Below are positions 12,001-24,000 of a stretch of 64,000 nucleotides of DNA, piece by piece; position 1 is the stretch's first letter, and every line of letters starts with the position of its first letter. Location of the stretch: NCBI GenBank assembly GCA_000004985.1, contig GG738845.1; one strand, written 5' to 3'. Both the position numbers and the translations under genes were made by a program. The stretch comes from Naegleria gruberi (taxonomy: Eukaryota). Under the pieces are notes generated by a model that was not told the DNA's origin, did not search any database, and was given only the letters and a program-made list of their open reading frames with translations.

Positions 12001-15000
12001 NNNNNNNNNNNNNNNNNNNNNNNNNNNNNNNNNNNNNNNNNNNNNNNNNNNNNNNNNNNNNNNNNNNNNNNNNNNNNNNNNNNNNNNNNNNNNNNNNNNN
12101 NNNNNNNNNNNNNNNNNNNNNNNNNNNNNNNNNNNNNNNNNNNNNNNNNNNNNNNNNNNNNNNNNNNNNNNNNNNNNNNNNNNNNNNNNNNNNNNNNNNN
12201 NNNNNNNNNNNNNNNNNNNNNNNNNNNNNNNNNNNNNNNNNNNNNNNNNNNNNNNNNNNNNNNNNNNNNNNNNNNNNNNNNNNNNNNNNNNNNNNNNNNN
12301 NNNNNNNNNNNNNNNNNNNNNNNNNNNNNNNNNNNNNNNNNNNNNNNNNNNNNNNNNNNNNNNNNNNNNNNNNNNNNNNNNNNNNNNNNNNNNNNNNNNN
12401 NNNNNNNNNNNNNNNNNNNNNNNNNNNNNNNNNNNNNNNNNNNNNNNNNNNNNNNNNNNNNNNNNNNNNNNNNNNNNNNNNNNNNNNNNNNNNNNNNNNN
12501 NNNNNNNNNNNNNNNNNNNNNNNNNNNNNNNNNNNNNNNNNNNNNNNNNNNNNNNNNNNNNNNNNNNNNNNNNNNNNNNNNNNNNNNNNNNNNNNNNNNN
12601 NNNNNNNNNNNNNNNNNNNNNNNNNNNNNNNNNNNNNNNNNNNNNNNNNNNNNNNNNNNNNNNNNNNNNNNNNNNNNNNNNNNNNNNNNNNNNNNNNNNN
12701 NNNNNNNNNNNNNNNNNNNNNNNNNNNNNNNNNNNNNNNNNNNNNNNNNNNNNNNNNNNNNNNNNNNNNNNNNNNNNNNNNNNNNNNNNNNNNNNNNNNN
12801 NNNNNNNNNNNNNNNNNNNNNNNNNNNNNNNNNNNNNNNNNNNNNNNNNNNNNNNNNNNNNNNNNNNNNNNNNNNNNNNNNNNNNNNNNNNNNNNNNNNN
12901 NNNNNNNNNNNNNNNNNNNNNNNNNNNNNNNNNNNNNNNNNNNNNNNNNNNNNNNNNNNNNNNNNNNNNNNNNNNNNNNNNNNNNNNNNNNNNNNNNNNN
13001 NNNNNNNNNNNNNNNNNNNNNNNNNNNNNNNNNNNNNNNNNNNNNNNNNNNNNNNNNNNNNNNNNNNNNNNNNNNNNNNNNNNNNNNNNNNNNNNNNNNN
13101 NNNNNNNNNNNNNNNNNNNNNNNNNNNNNNNNNNNNNNNNNNNNNNNNNNNNNNNNNNNNNNNNNNNNNNNNNNNNNNNNNNNNNNNNNNNNNNNNNNNN
13201 NNNNNNNNNNNNNNNNNNNNNNNNNNNNNNNNNNNNNNNNNNNNNNNNNNNNNNNNNNNNNNNNNNNNNNNNNNNNNNNNNNNNNNNNNNNNNNNNNNNN
13301 NNNNNNNNNNNNNNNNNNNNNNNNNNNNNNNNNNNNNNNNNNNNNNNNNNNNNNNNNNNNNNNNNNNNNNNNNNNNNNNNNNNNNNNNNNNNNNNNNNNN
13401 NNNNNNNNNNNNNNNNNNNNNNNNNNNNNNNNNNNNNNNNNNNNNNNNNNNNNNNNNNNNNNNNNNNNNNNNNNNNNNNNNNNNNNNNNNNNNNNNNNNN
13501 NNNNNNNNNNNNNNNNNNNNNNNNNNNNNNNNNNNNNNNNNNNNNNNNNNNNNNNNNNNNNNNNNNNNNNNNNNNNNNNNNNNNNNNNNNNNNNNNNNNN
13601 NNNNNNNNNNNNNNNNNNNNNNNNNNNNNNNNNNNNNNNNNNNNNNNNNNNNNNNNNNNNNNNNNNNNNNNNNNNNNNNNNNNNNNNNNNNNNNNNNNNN
13701 NNNNNNNNNNNNNNNNNNNNNNNNNNNNNNNNNNNNNNNNNNNNNNNNNNNNNNNNNNNNNNNNNNNNNNNNNNNNNNNNNNNNNNNNNNNNNNNNNNNN
13801 NNNNNNNNNNNNNNNNNNNNNNNNNNNNNNNNNNNNNNNNNNNNNNNNNNNNNNNNNNNNNNNNNNNNNNNNNNNNNNNNNNNNNNNNNNNNNNNNNNNN
13901 NNNNNNNNNNNNNNNNNNNNNNNNNNNNNNNNNNNNNNNNNNNNNNNNNNNNNNNNNNNNNNNNNNNNNNNNNNNNNNNNNNNNNNNNNNNNNNNNNNNN
14001 NNNNNNNNNNNNNNNNNNNNNNNNNNNNNNNNNNNNNNNNNNNNNNNNNNNNNNNNNNNNNNNNNNNNNNNNNNNNNNNNNNNNNNNNNNNNNNNNNNNN
14101 NNNNNNNNNNNNNNNNNNNNNNNNNNNNNNNNNNNNNNNNNNNNNNNNNNNNNNNNNNNNNNNNNNNNNNNNNNNNNNNNNNNNNNNNNNNNNNNNNNNN
14201 NNNNNNNNNNNNNNNNNNNNNNNNNNNNNNNNNNNNNNNNNNNNNNNNNNNNNNNNNNNNNNNNNNNNNNNNNNNNNNNNNNNNNNNNNNNNNNNNNNNN
14301 NNNNNNNNNNNNNNNNNNNNNNNNNNNNNNNNNNNNNNNNNNNNNNNNNNNNNNNNNNNNNNNNNNNNNNNNNNNNNNNNNNNNNNNNNNNNNNNNNNNN
14401 NNNNNNNNNNNNNNNNNNNNNNNNNNNNNNNNNNNNNNNNNNNNNNNNNNNNNNNNNNNNNNNNNNNNNNNNNNNNNNNNNNNNNNNNNNNNNNNNNNNN
14501 NNNNNNNNNNNNNNNNNNNNNNNNNNNNNNNNNNNNNNNNNNNNNNNNNNNNNNNNNNNNNNNNNNNNNNNNNNNNNNNNNNNNNNNNNNNNNNNNNNNN
14601 NNNNNNNNNNNNNNNNNNNNNNNNNNNNNNNNNNNNNNNNNNNNNNNNNNNNNNNNNNNNNNNNNNNNNNNNNNNNNNNNNNNNNNNNNNNNNNNNNNNN
14701 NNNNNNNNNNNNNNNNNNNNNNNNNNNNNNNNNNNNNNNNNNNNNNNNNNNNNNNNNNNNNNNNNNNNNNNNNNNNNNNNNNNNNNNNNNNNNNNNNNNN
14801 NNNNNNNNNNNNNNNNNNNNNNNNNNNNNNNNNNNNNNNNNNNNNNNNNNNNNNNNNNNNNNNNNNNNNNNNNNNNNNNNNNNNNNNNNNNNNNNNNNNN
14901 NNNNNNNNNNNNNNNNNNNNNNNNNNNNNNNNNNNNNNNNNNNNNNNNNNNNNNNNNNNNNNNNNNNNNNNNNNNNNNNNNNNNNNNNNNNNNNNNNNNN

Positions 15001-18000
15001 NNNNNNNNNNNNNNNNNNNNNNNNNNNNNNNNNNNNNNNNNNNNNNNNNNNNNNNNNNNNNNNNNNNNNNNNNNNNNNNNNNNNNNNNNNNNNNNNNNNN
15101 NNNNNNNNNNNNNNNNNNNNNNNNNNNNNNNNNNNNNNNNNNNNNNNNNNNNNNNNNNNNNNNNNNNNNNNNNNNNNNNNNNNNNNNNNNNNNNNNNNNN
15201 NNNNNNNNNNNNNNNNNNNNNNNNNNNNNNNNNNNNNNNNNNNNNNNNNNNNNNNNNNNNNNNNNNNNNNNNNNNNNNNNNNNNNNNNNNNNNNNNNNNN
15301 NNNNNNNNNNNNNNNNNNNNNNNNNNNNNNNNNNNNNNNNNNNNNNNNNNNNNNNNNNNNNNNNNNNNNNNNNNNNNNNNNNNNNNNNNNNNNNNNNNNN
15401 NNNNNNNNNNNNNNNNNNNNNNNNNNNNNNNNNNNNNNNNNNNNNNNNNNNNNNNNNNNNNNNNNNNNNNNNNNNNNNNNNNNNNNNNNNNNNNNNNNNN
15501 NNNNNNNNNNNNNNNNNNNNNNNNNNNNNNNNNNNNNNNNNNNNNNNNNNNNNNNNNNNNNNNNNNNNNNNNNNNNNNNNNNNNNNNNNNNNNNNNNNNN
15601 NNNNNNNNNNNNNNNNNNNNNNNNNNNNNNNNNNNNNNNNNNNNNNNNNNNNNNNNNNNNNNNNNNNNNNNNNNNNNNNNNNNNNNNNNNNNNNNNNNNN
15701 NNNNNNNNNNNNNNNNNNNNNNNNNNNNNNNNNNNNNNNNNNNNNNNNNNNNNNNNNNNNNNNNNNNNNNNNNNNNNNNNNNNNNNNNNNNNNNNNNNNN
15801 NNNNNNNNNNNNNNNNNNNNNNNNNNNNNNNNNNNNNNNNNNNNNNNNNNNNNNNNNNNNNNNNNNNNNNNNNNNNNNNNNNNNNNNNNNNNNNNNNNNN
15901 NNNNNNNNNNNNNNNNNNNNNNNNNNNNNNNNNNNNNNNNNNNNNNNNNNNNNNNNNNNNNNNNNNNNNNNNNNNNNNNNNNNNNNNNNNNNNNNNNNNN
16001 NNNNNNNNNNNNNNNNNNNNNNNNNNNNNNNNNNNNNNNNNNNNNNNNNNNNNNNNNNNNNNNNNNNNNNNNNNNNNNNNNNNNNNNNNNNNNNNNNNNN
16101 NNNNNNNNNNNNNNNNNNNNNNNNNNNNNNNNNNNNNNNNNNNNNNNNNNNNNNNNNNNNNNNNNNNNNNNNNNNNNNNNNNNNNNNNNNNNNNNNNNNN
16201 NNNNNNNNNNNNNNNNNNNNNNNNNNNNNNNNNNNNNNNNNNNNNNNNNNNNNNNNNNNNNNNNNNNNNNNNNNNNNNNNNNNNNNNNNNNNNNNNNNNN
16301 NNNNNNNNNNNNNNNNNNNNNNNNNNNNNNNNNNNNNNNNNNNNNNNNNNNNNNNNNNNNNNNNNNNNNNNNNNNNNNNNNNNNNNNNNNNNNNNNNNNN
16401 NNNNNNNNNNNNNNNNNNNNNNNNNNNNNNNNNNNNNNNNNNNNNNNNNNNNNNNNNNNNNNNNNNNNNNNNNNNNNNNNNNNNNNNNNNNNNNNNNNNN
16501 NNNNNNNNNNNNNNNNNNNNNNNNNNNNNNNNNNNNNNNNNNNNNNNNNNNNNNNNNNNNNNNNNNNNNNNNNNNNNNNNNNNNNNNNNNNNNNNNNNNN
16601 NNNNNNNNNNNNNNNNNNNNNNNNNNNNNNNNNNNNNNNNNNNNNNNNNNNNNNNNNNNNNNNNNNNNNNNNNNNNNNNNNNNNNNNNNNNNNNNNNNNN
16701 NNNNNNNNNNNNNNNNNNNNNNNNNNNNNNNNNNNNNNNNNNNNNNNNNNNNNNNNNNNNNNNNNNNNNNNNNNNNNNNNNNNNNNNNNNNNNNNNNNNN
16801 NNNNNNNNNNNNNNNNNNNNNNNNNNNNNNNNNNNNNNNNNNNNNNNNNNNNNNNNNNNNNNNNNNNNNNNNNNNNNNNNNNNNNNNNNNNNNNNNNNNN
16901 NNNNNNNNNNNNNNNNNNNNNNNNNNNNNNNNNNNNNNNNNNNNNNNNNNNNNNNNNNNNNNNNNNNNNNNNNNNNNNNNNNNNNNNNNNNNNNNNNNNN
17001 NNNNNNNNNNNNNNNNNNNNNNNNNNNNNNNNNNNNNNNNNNNNNNNNNNNNNNNNNNNNNNNNNNNNNNNNNNNNNNNNNNNNNNNNNNNNNNNNNNNN
17101 NNNNNNNNNNNNNNNNNNNNNNNNNNNNNNNNNNNNNNNNNNNNNNNNNNNNNNNNNNNNNNNNNNNNNNNNNNNNNNNNNNNNNNNNNNNNNNNNNNNN
17201 NNNNNNNNNNNNNNNNNNNNNNNNNNNNNNNNNNNNNNNNNNNNNNNNNNNNNNNNNNNNNNNNNNNNNNNNNNNNNNNNNNNNNNNNNNNNNNNNNNNN
17301 NNNNNNNNNNNNNNNNNNNNNNNNNNNNNNNNNNNNNNNNNNNNNNNNNNNNNNNNNNNNNNNNNNNNNNNNNNNNNNNNNNNNNNNNNNNNNNNNNNNN
17401 NNNNNNNNNNNNNNNNNNNNNNNNNNNNNNNNNNNNNNNNNNNNNNNNNNNNNNNNNNNNNNNNNNNNNNNNNNNNNNNNNNNNNNNNNNNNNNNNNNNN
17501 NNNNNNNNNNNNNNNNNNNNNNNNNNNNNNNNNNNNNNNNNNNNNNNNNNNNNNNNNNNNNNNNNNNNNNNNNNNNNNNNNNNNNNNNNNNNNNNNNNNN
17601 NNNNNNNNNNNNNNNNNNNNNNNNNNNNNNNNNNNNNNNNNNNNNNNNNNNNNNNNNNNNNNNNNNNNNNNNNNNNNNNNNNNNNNNNNNNNNNNNNNNN
17701 NNNNNNNNNNNNNNNNNNNNNNNNNNNNNNNNNNNNNNNNNNNNNNNNNNNNNNNNNNNNNNNNNNNNNNNNNNNNNNNNNNNNNNNNNNNNNNNNNNNN
17801 NNNNNNNNNNNNNNNNNNNNNNNNNNNNNNNNNNNNNNNNNNNNNNNNNNNNNNNNNNNNNNNNNNNNNNNNNNNNNNNNNNNNNNNNNNNNNNNNNNNN
17901 NNNNNNNNNNNNNNNNNNNNNNNNNNNNNNNNNNNNNNNNNNNNNNNNNNNNNNNNNNNNNNNNNNNNNNNNNNNNNNNNNNNNNNNNNNNNNNNNNNNN

Positions 18001-21000
18001 NNNNNNNNNNNNNNNNNNNNNNNNNNNNNNNNNNNNNNNNNNNNNNNNNNNNNNNNNNNNNNNNNNNNNNNNNNNNNNNNNNNNNNNNNNNNNNNNNNNN
18101 NNNNNNNNNNNNNNNNNNNNNNNNNNNNNNNNNNNNNNNNNNNNNNNNNNNNNNNNNNNNNNNNNNNNNNNNNNNNNNNNNNNNNNNNNNNNNNNNNNNN
18201 NNNNNNNNNNNNNNNNNNNNNNNNNNNNNNNNNNNNNNNNNNNNNNNNNNNNNNNNNNNNNNNNNNNNNNNNNNNNNNNNNNNNNNNNNNNNNNNNNNNN
18301 NNNNNNNNNNNNNNNNNNNNNNNNNNNNNNNNNNNNNNNNNNNNNNNNNNNNNNNNNNNNNNNNNNNNNNNNNNNNNNNNNNNNNNNNNNNNNNNNNNNN
18401 NNNNNNNNNNNNNNNNNNNNNNNNNNNNNNNNNNNNNNNNNNNNNNNNNNNNNNNNNNNNNNNNNNNNNNNNNNNNNNNNNNNNNNNNNNNNNNNNNNNN
18501 NNNNNNNNNNNNNNNNNNNNNNNNNNNNNNNNNNNNNNNNNNNNNNNNNNNNNNNNNNNNNNNNNNNNNNNNNNNNNNNNNNNNNNNNNNNNNNNNNNNN
18601 NNNNNNNNNNNNNNNNNNNNNNNNNNNNNNNNNNNNNNNNNNNNNNNNNNNNNNNNNNNNNNNNNNNNNNNNNNNNNNNNNNNNNNNNNNNNNNNNNNNN
18701 NNNNNNNNNNNNNNNNNNNNNNNNNNNNNNNNNNNNNNNNNNNNNNNNNNNNNNNNNNNNNNNNNNNNNNNNNNNNNNNNNNNNNNNNNNNNNNNNNNNN
18801 NNNNNNNNNNNNNNNNNNNNNNNNNNNNNNNNNNNNNNNNNNNNNNNNNNNNNNNNNNNNNNNNNNNNNNNNNNNNNNNNNNNNNNNNNNNNNNNNNNNN
18901 NNNNNNNNNNNNNNNNNNNNNNNNNNNNNNNNNNNNNNNNNNNNNNNNNNNNNNNNNNNNNNNNNNNNNNNNNNNNNNNNNNNNNNNNNNNNNNNNNNNN
19001 NNNNNNNNNNNNNNNNNNNNNNNNNNNNNNNNNNNNNNNNNNNNNNNNNNNNNNNNNNNNNNNNNNNNNNNNNNNNNNNNNNNNNNNNNNNNNNNNNNNN
19101 NNNNNNNNNNNNNNNNNNNNNNNNNNNNNNNNNNNNNNNNNNNNNNNNNNNNNNNNNNNNNNNNNNNNNNNNNNNNNNNNNNNNNNNNNNNNNNNNNNNN
19201 NNNNNNNNNNNNNNNNNNNNNNNNNNNNNNNNNNNNNNNNNNNNNNNNNNNNNNNNNNNNNNNNNNNNNNNNNNNNNNNNNNNNNNNNNNNNNNNNNNNN
19301 NNNNNNNNNNNNNNNNNNNNNNNNNNNNNNNNNNNNNNNNNNNNNNNNNNNNNNNNNNNNNNNNNNNNNNNNNNNNNNNNNNNNNNNNNNNNNNNNNNNN
19401 NNNNNNNNNNNNNNNNNNNNNNNNNNNNNNNNNNNNNNNNNNNNNNNNNNNNNNNNNNNNNNNNNNNNNNNNNNNNNNNNNNNNNNNNNNNNNNNNNNNN
19501 NNNNNNNNNNNNNNNNNNNNNNNNNNNNNNNNNNNNNNNNNNNNNNNNNNNNNNNNNNNNNNNNNNNNNNNNNNNNNNNNNNNNNNNNNNNNNNNNNNNN
19601 NNNNNNNNNNNNNNNNNNNNNNNNNNNNNNNNNNNNNNNNNNNNNNNNNNNNNNNNNNNNNNNNNNNNNNNNNNNNNNNNNNNNNNNNNNNNNNNNNNNN
19701 NNNNNNNNNNNNNNNNNNNNNNNNNNNNNNNNNNNNNNNNNNNNNNNNNNNNNNNNNNNNNNNNNNNNNNNNNNNNNNNNNNNNNNNNNNNNNNNNNNNN
19801 NNNNNNNNNNNNNNNNNNNNNNNNNNNNNNNNNNNNNNNNNNNNNNNNNNNNNNNNNNNNNNNNNNNNNNNNNNNNNNNNNNNNNNNNNNNNNNNNNNNN
19901 NNNNNNNNNNNNNNNNNNNNNNNNNNNNNNNNNNNNNNNNNNNNNNNNNNNNNNNNNNNNNNNNNNNNNNNNNNNNNNNNNNNNNNNNNNNNNNNNNNNN
20001 NNNNNNNNNNNNNNNNNNNNNNNNNNNNNNNNNNNNNNNNNNNNNNNNNNNNNNNNNNNNNNNNNNNNNNNNNNNNNNNNNNNNNNNNNNNNNNNNNNNN
20101 NNNNNNNNNNNNNNNNNNNNNNNNNNNNNNNNNNNNNNNNNNNNNNNNNNNNNNNNNNNNNNNNNNNNNNNNNNNNNNNNNNNNNNNNNNNNNNNNNNNN
20201 NNNNNNNNNNNNNNNNNNNNNNNNNNNNNNNNNNNNNNNNNNNNNNNNNNNNNNNNNNNNNNNNNNNNNNNNNNNNNNNNNNNNNNNNNNNNNNNNNNNN
20301 NNNNNNNNNNNNNNNNNNNNNNNNNNNNNNNNNNNNNNNNNNNNNNNNNNNNNNNNNNNNNNNNNNNNNNNNNNNNNNNNNNNNNNNNNNNNNNNNNNNN
20401 NNNNNNNNNNNNNNNNNNNNNNNNNNNNNNNNNNNNNNNNNNNNNNNNNNNNNNNNNNNNNNNNNNNNNNNNNNNNNNNNNNNNNNNNNNNNNNNNNNNN
20501 NNNNNNNNNNNNNNNNNNNNNNNNNNNNNNNNNNNNNNNNNNNNNNNNNNNNNNNNNNNNNNNNNNNNNNNNNNNNNNNNNNNNNNNNNNNNNNNNNNNN
20601 NNNNNNNNNNNNNNNNNNNNNNNNNNNNNNNNNNNNNNNNNNNNNNNNNNNNNNNNNNNNNNNNNNNNNNNNNNNNNNNNNNNNNNNNNNNNNNNNNNNN
20701 NNNNNNNNNNNNNNNNNNNNNNNNNNNNNNNNNNNNNNNNNNNNNNNNNNNNNNNNNNNNNNNNNNNNNNNNNNNNNNNNNNNNNNNNNNNNNNNNNNNN
20801 NNNNNNNNNNNNNNNNNNNNNNNNNNNNNNNNNNNNNNNNNNNNNNNNNNNNNNNNNNNNNNNNNNNNNNNNNNNNNNNNNNNNNNNNNNNNNNNNNNNN
20901 NNNNNNNNNNNNNNNNNNNNNNNNNNNNNNNNNNNNNNNNNNNNNNNNNNNNNNNNNNNNNNNNNNNNNNNNNNNNNNNNNNNNNNNNNNNNNNNNNNNN

Positions 21001-24000
21001 NNNNNNNNNNNNNNNNNNNNNNNNNNNNNNNNNNNNNNNNNNNNNNNNNNNNNNNNNNNNNNNNNNNNNNNNNNNNNNNNNNNNNNNNNNNNNNNNNNNN
21101 NNNNNNNNNNNNNNNNNNNNNNNNNNNNNNNNNNNNNNNNNNNNNNNNNNNNNNNNNNNNNNNNNNNNNNNNNNNNNNNNNNNNNNNNNNNNNNNNNNNN
21201 NNNNNNNNNNNNNNNNNNNNNNNNNNNNNNNNNNNNNNNNNNNNNNNNNNNNNNNNNNNNNNNNNNNNNNNNNNNNNNNNNNNNNNNNNNNNNNNNNNNN
21301 NNNNNNNNNNNNNNNNNNNNNNNNNNNNNNNNNNNNNNNNNNNNNNNNNNNNNNNNNNNNNNNNNNNNNNNNNNNNNNNNNNNNNNNNNNNNNNNNNNNN
21401 NNNNNNNNNNNNNNNNNNNNNNNNNNNNNNNNNNNNNNNNNNNNNNNNNNNNNNNNNNNNNNNNNNNNNNNNNNNNNNNNNNNNNNNNNNNNNNNNNNNN
21501 NNNNNNNNNNNNNNNNNNNNNNNNNNNNNNNNNNNNNNNNNNNNNNNNNNNNNNNNNNNNNNNNNNNNNNNNNNNNNNNNNNNNNNNNNNNNNNNNNNNN
21601 NNNNNNNNNNNNNNNNNNNNNNNNNNNNNNNNNNNNNNNNNNNNNNNNNNNNNNNNNNNNNNNNNNNNNNNNNNNNNNNNNNNNNNNNNNNNNNNNNNNN
21701 NNNNNNNNNNNNNNNNNNNNNNNNNNNNNNNNNNNNNNNNNNNNNNNNNNNNNNNNNNNNNNNNNNNNNNNNNNNNNNNNNNNNNNNNNNNNNNNNNNNN
21801 NNNNNNNNNNNNNNNNNNNNNNNNNNNNNNNNNNNNNNNNNNNNNNNNNNNNNNNNNNNNNNNNNNNNNNNNNNNNNNNNNNNNNNNNNNNNNNNNNNNN
21901 NNNNNNNNNNNNNNNNNNNNNNNNNNNNNNNNNNNNNNNNNNNNNNNNNNNNNNNNNNNNNNNNNNNNNNNNNNNNNNNNNNNNNNNNNNNNNNNNNNNN
22001 NNNNNNNNNNNNNNNNNNNNNNNNNNNNNNNNNNNNNNNNNNNNNNNNNNNNNNNNNNNNNNNNNNNNNNNNNNNNNNNNNNNNNNNNNNNNNNNNNNNN
22101 NNNNNNNNNNNNNNNNNNNNNNNNNNNNNNNNNNNNNNNNNNNNNNNNNNNNNNNNNNNNNNNNNNNNNNNNNNNNNNNNNNNNNNNNNNNNNNNNNNNN
22201 NNNNNNNNNNNNNNNNNNNNNNNNNNNNNNNNNNNNNNNNNNNNNNNNNNNNNNNNNNNNNNNNNNNNNNNNNNNNNNNNNNNNNNNNNNNNNNNNNNNN
22301 NNNNNNNNNNNNNNNNNNNNNNNNNNNNNNNNNNNNNNNNNNNNNNNNNNNNNNNNNNNNNNNNNNNNNNNNNNNNNNNNNNNNNNNNNNNNNNNNNNNN
22401 NNNNNNNNNNNNNNNNNNNNNNNNNNNNNNNNNNNNNNNNNNNNNNNNNNNNNNNNNNNNNNNNNNNNNNNNNNNNNNNNNNNNNNNNNNNNNNNNNNNN
22501 NNNNNNNNNNNNNNNNNNNNNNNNNNNNNNNNNNNNNNNNNNNNNNNNNNNNNNNNNNNNNNNNNNNNNNNNNNNNNNNNNNNNNNNNNNNNNNNNNNNN
22601 NNNNNNNNNNNNNNNNNNNNNNNNNNNNNNNNNNNNNNNNNNNNNNNNNNNNNNNNNNNNNNNNNNNNNNNNNNNNNNNNNNNNNNNNNNNNNNNNNNNN
22701 NNNNNNNNNNNNNNNNNNNNNNNNNNNNNNNNNNNNNNNNNNNNNNNNNNNNNNNNNNNNNNNNNNNNNNNNNNNNNNNNNNNNNNNNNNNNNNNNNNNN
22801 NNNNNNNNNNNNNNNNNNNNNNNNNNNNNNNNNNNNNNNNNNNNNNNNNNNNNNNNNNNNNNNNNNNNNNNNNNNNNNNNNNNNNNNNNNNNNNNNNNNN
22901 NNNNNNNNNNNNNNNNNNNNNNNNNNNNNNNNNNNNNNNNNNNNNNNNNNNNNNNNNNNNNNNNNNNNNNNNNNNNNNNNNNNNNNNNNNNNNNNNNNNN
23001 NNNNNNNNNNNNNNNNNNNNNNNNNNNNNNNNNNNNNNNNNNNNNNNNNNNNNNNNNNNNNNNNNNNNNNNNNNNNNNNNNNNNNNNNNNNNNNNNNNNN
23101 NNNNNNNNNNNNNNNNNNNNNNNNNNNNNNNNNNNNNNNNNNNNNNNNNNNNNNNNNNNNNNNNNNNNNNNNNNNNNNNNNNNNNNNNNNNNNNNNNNNN
23201 NNNNNNNNNNNNNNNNNNNNNNNNNNNNNNNNNNNNNNNNNNNNNNNNNNNNNNNNNNNNNNNNNNNNNNNNNNNNNNNNNNNNNNNNNNNNNNNNNNNN
23301 NNNNNNNNNNNNNNNNNNNNNNNNNNNNNNNNNNNNNNNNNNNNNNNNNNNNNNNNNNNNNNNNNNNNNNNNNNNNNNNNNNNNNNNNNNNNNNNNNNNN
23401 NNNNNNNNNNNNNNNNNNNNNNNNNNNNNNNNNNNNNNNNNNNNNNNNNNNNNNNNNNNNNNNNNNNNNNNNNNNNNNNNNNNNNNNNNNNNNNNNNNNN
23501 NNNNNNNNNNNNNNNNNNNNNNNNNNNNNNNNNNNNNNNNNNNNNNNNNNNNNNNNNNNNNNNNNNNNNNNNNNNNNNNNNNNNNNNNNNNNNNNNNNNN
23601 NNNNNNNNNNNNNNNNNNNNNNNNNNNNNNNNNNNNNNNNNNNNNNNNNNNNNNNNNNNNNNNNNNNNNNNNNNNNNNNNNNNNNNNNNNNNNNNNNNNN
23701 NNNNNNNNNNNNNNNNNNNNNNNNNNNNNNNNNNNNNNNNNNNNNNNNNNNNNNNNNNNNNNNNNNNNNNNNNNNNNNNNNNNNNNNNNNNNNNNNNNNN
23801 NNNNNNNNNNNNNNNNNNNNNNNNNNNNNNNNNNNNNNNNNNNNNNNNNNNNNNNNNNNNNNNNNNNNNNNNNNNNNNNNNNNNNNNNNNNNNNNNNNNN
23901 NNNNNNNNNNNNNNNNNNNNNNNNNNNNNNNNNNNNNNNNNNNNNNNNNNNNNNNNNNNNNNNNNNNNNNNNNNNNNNNNNNNNNNNNNNNNNNNNNNNN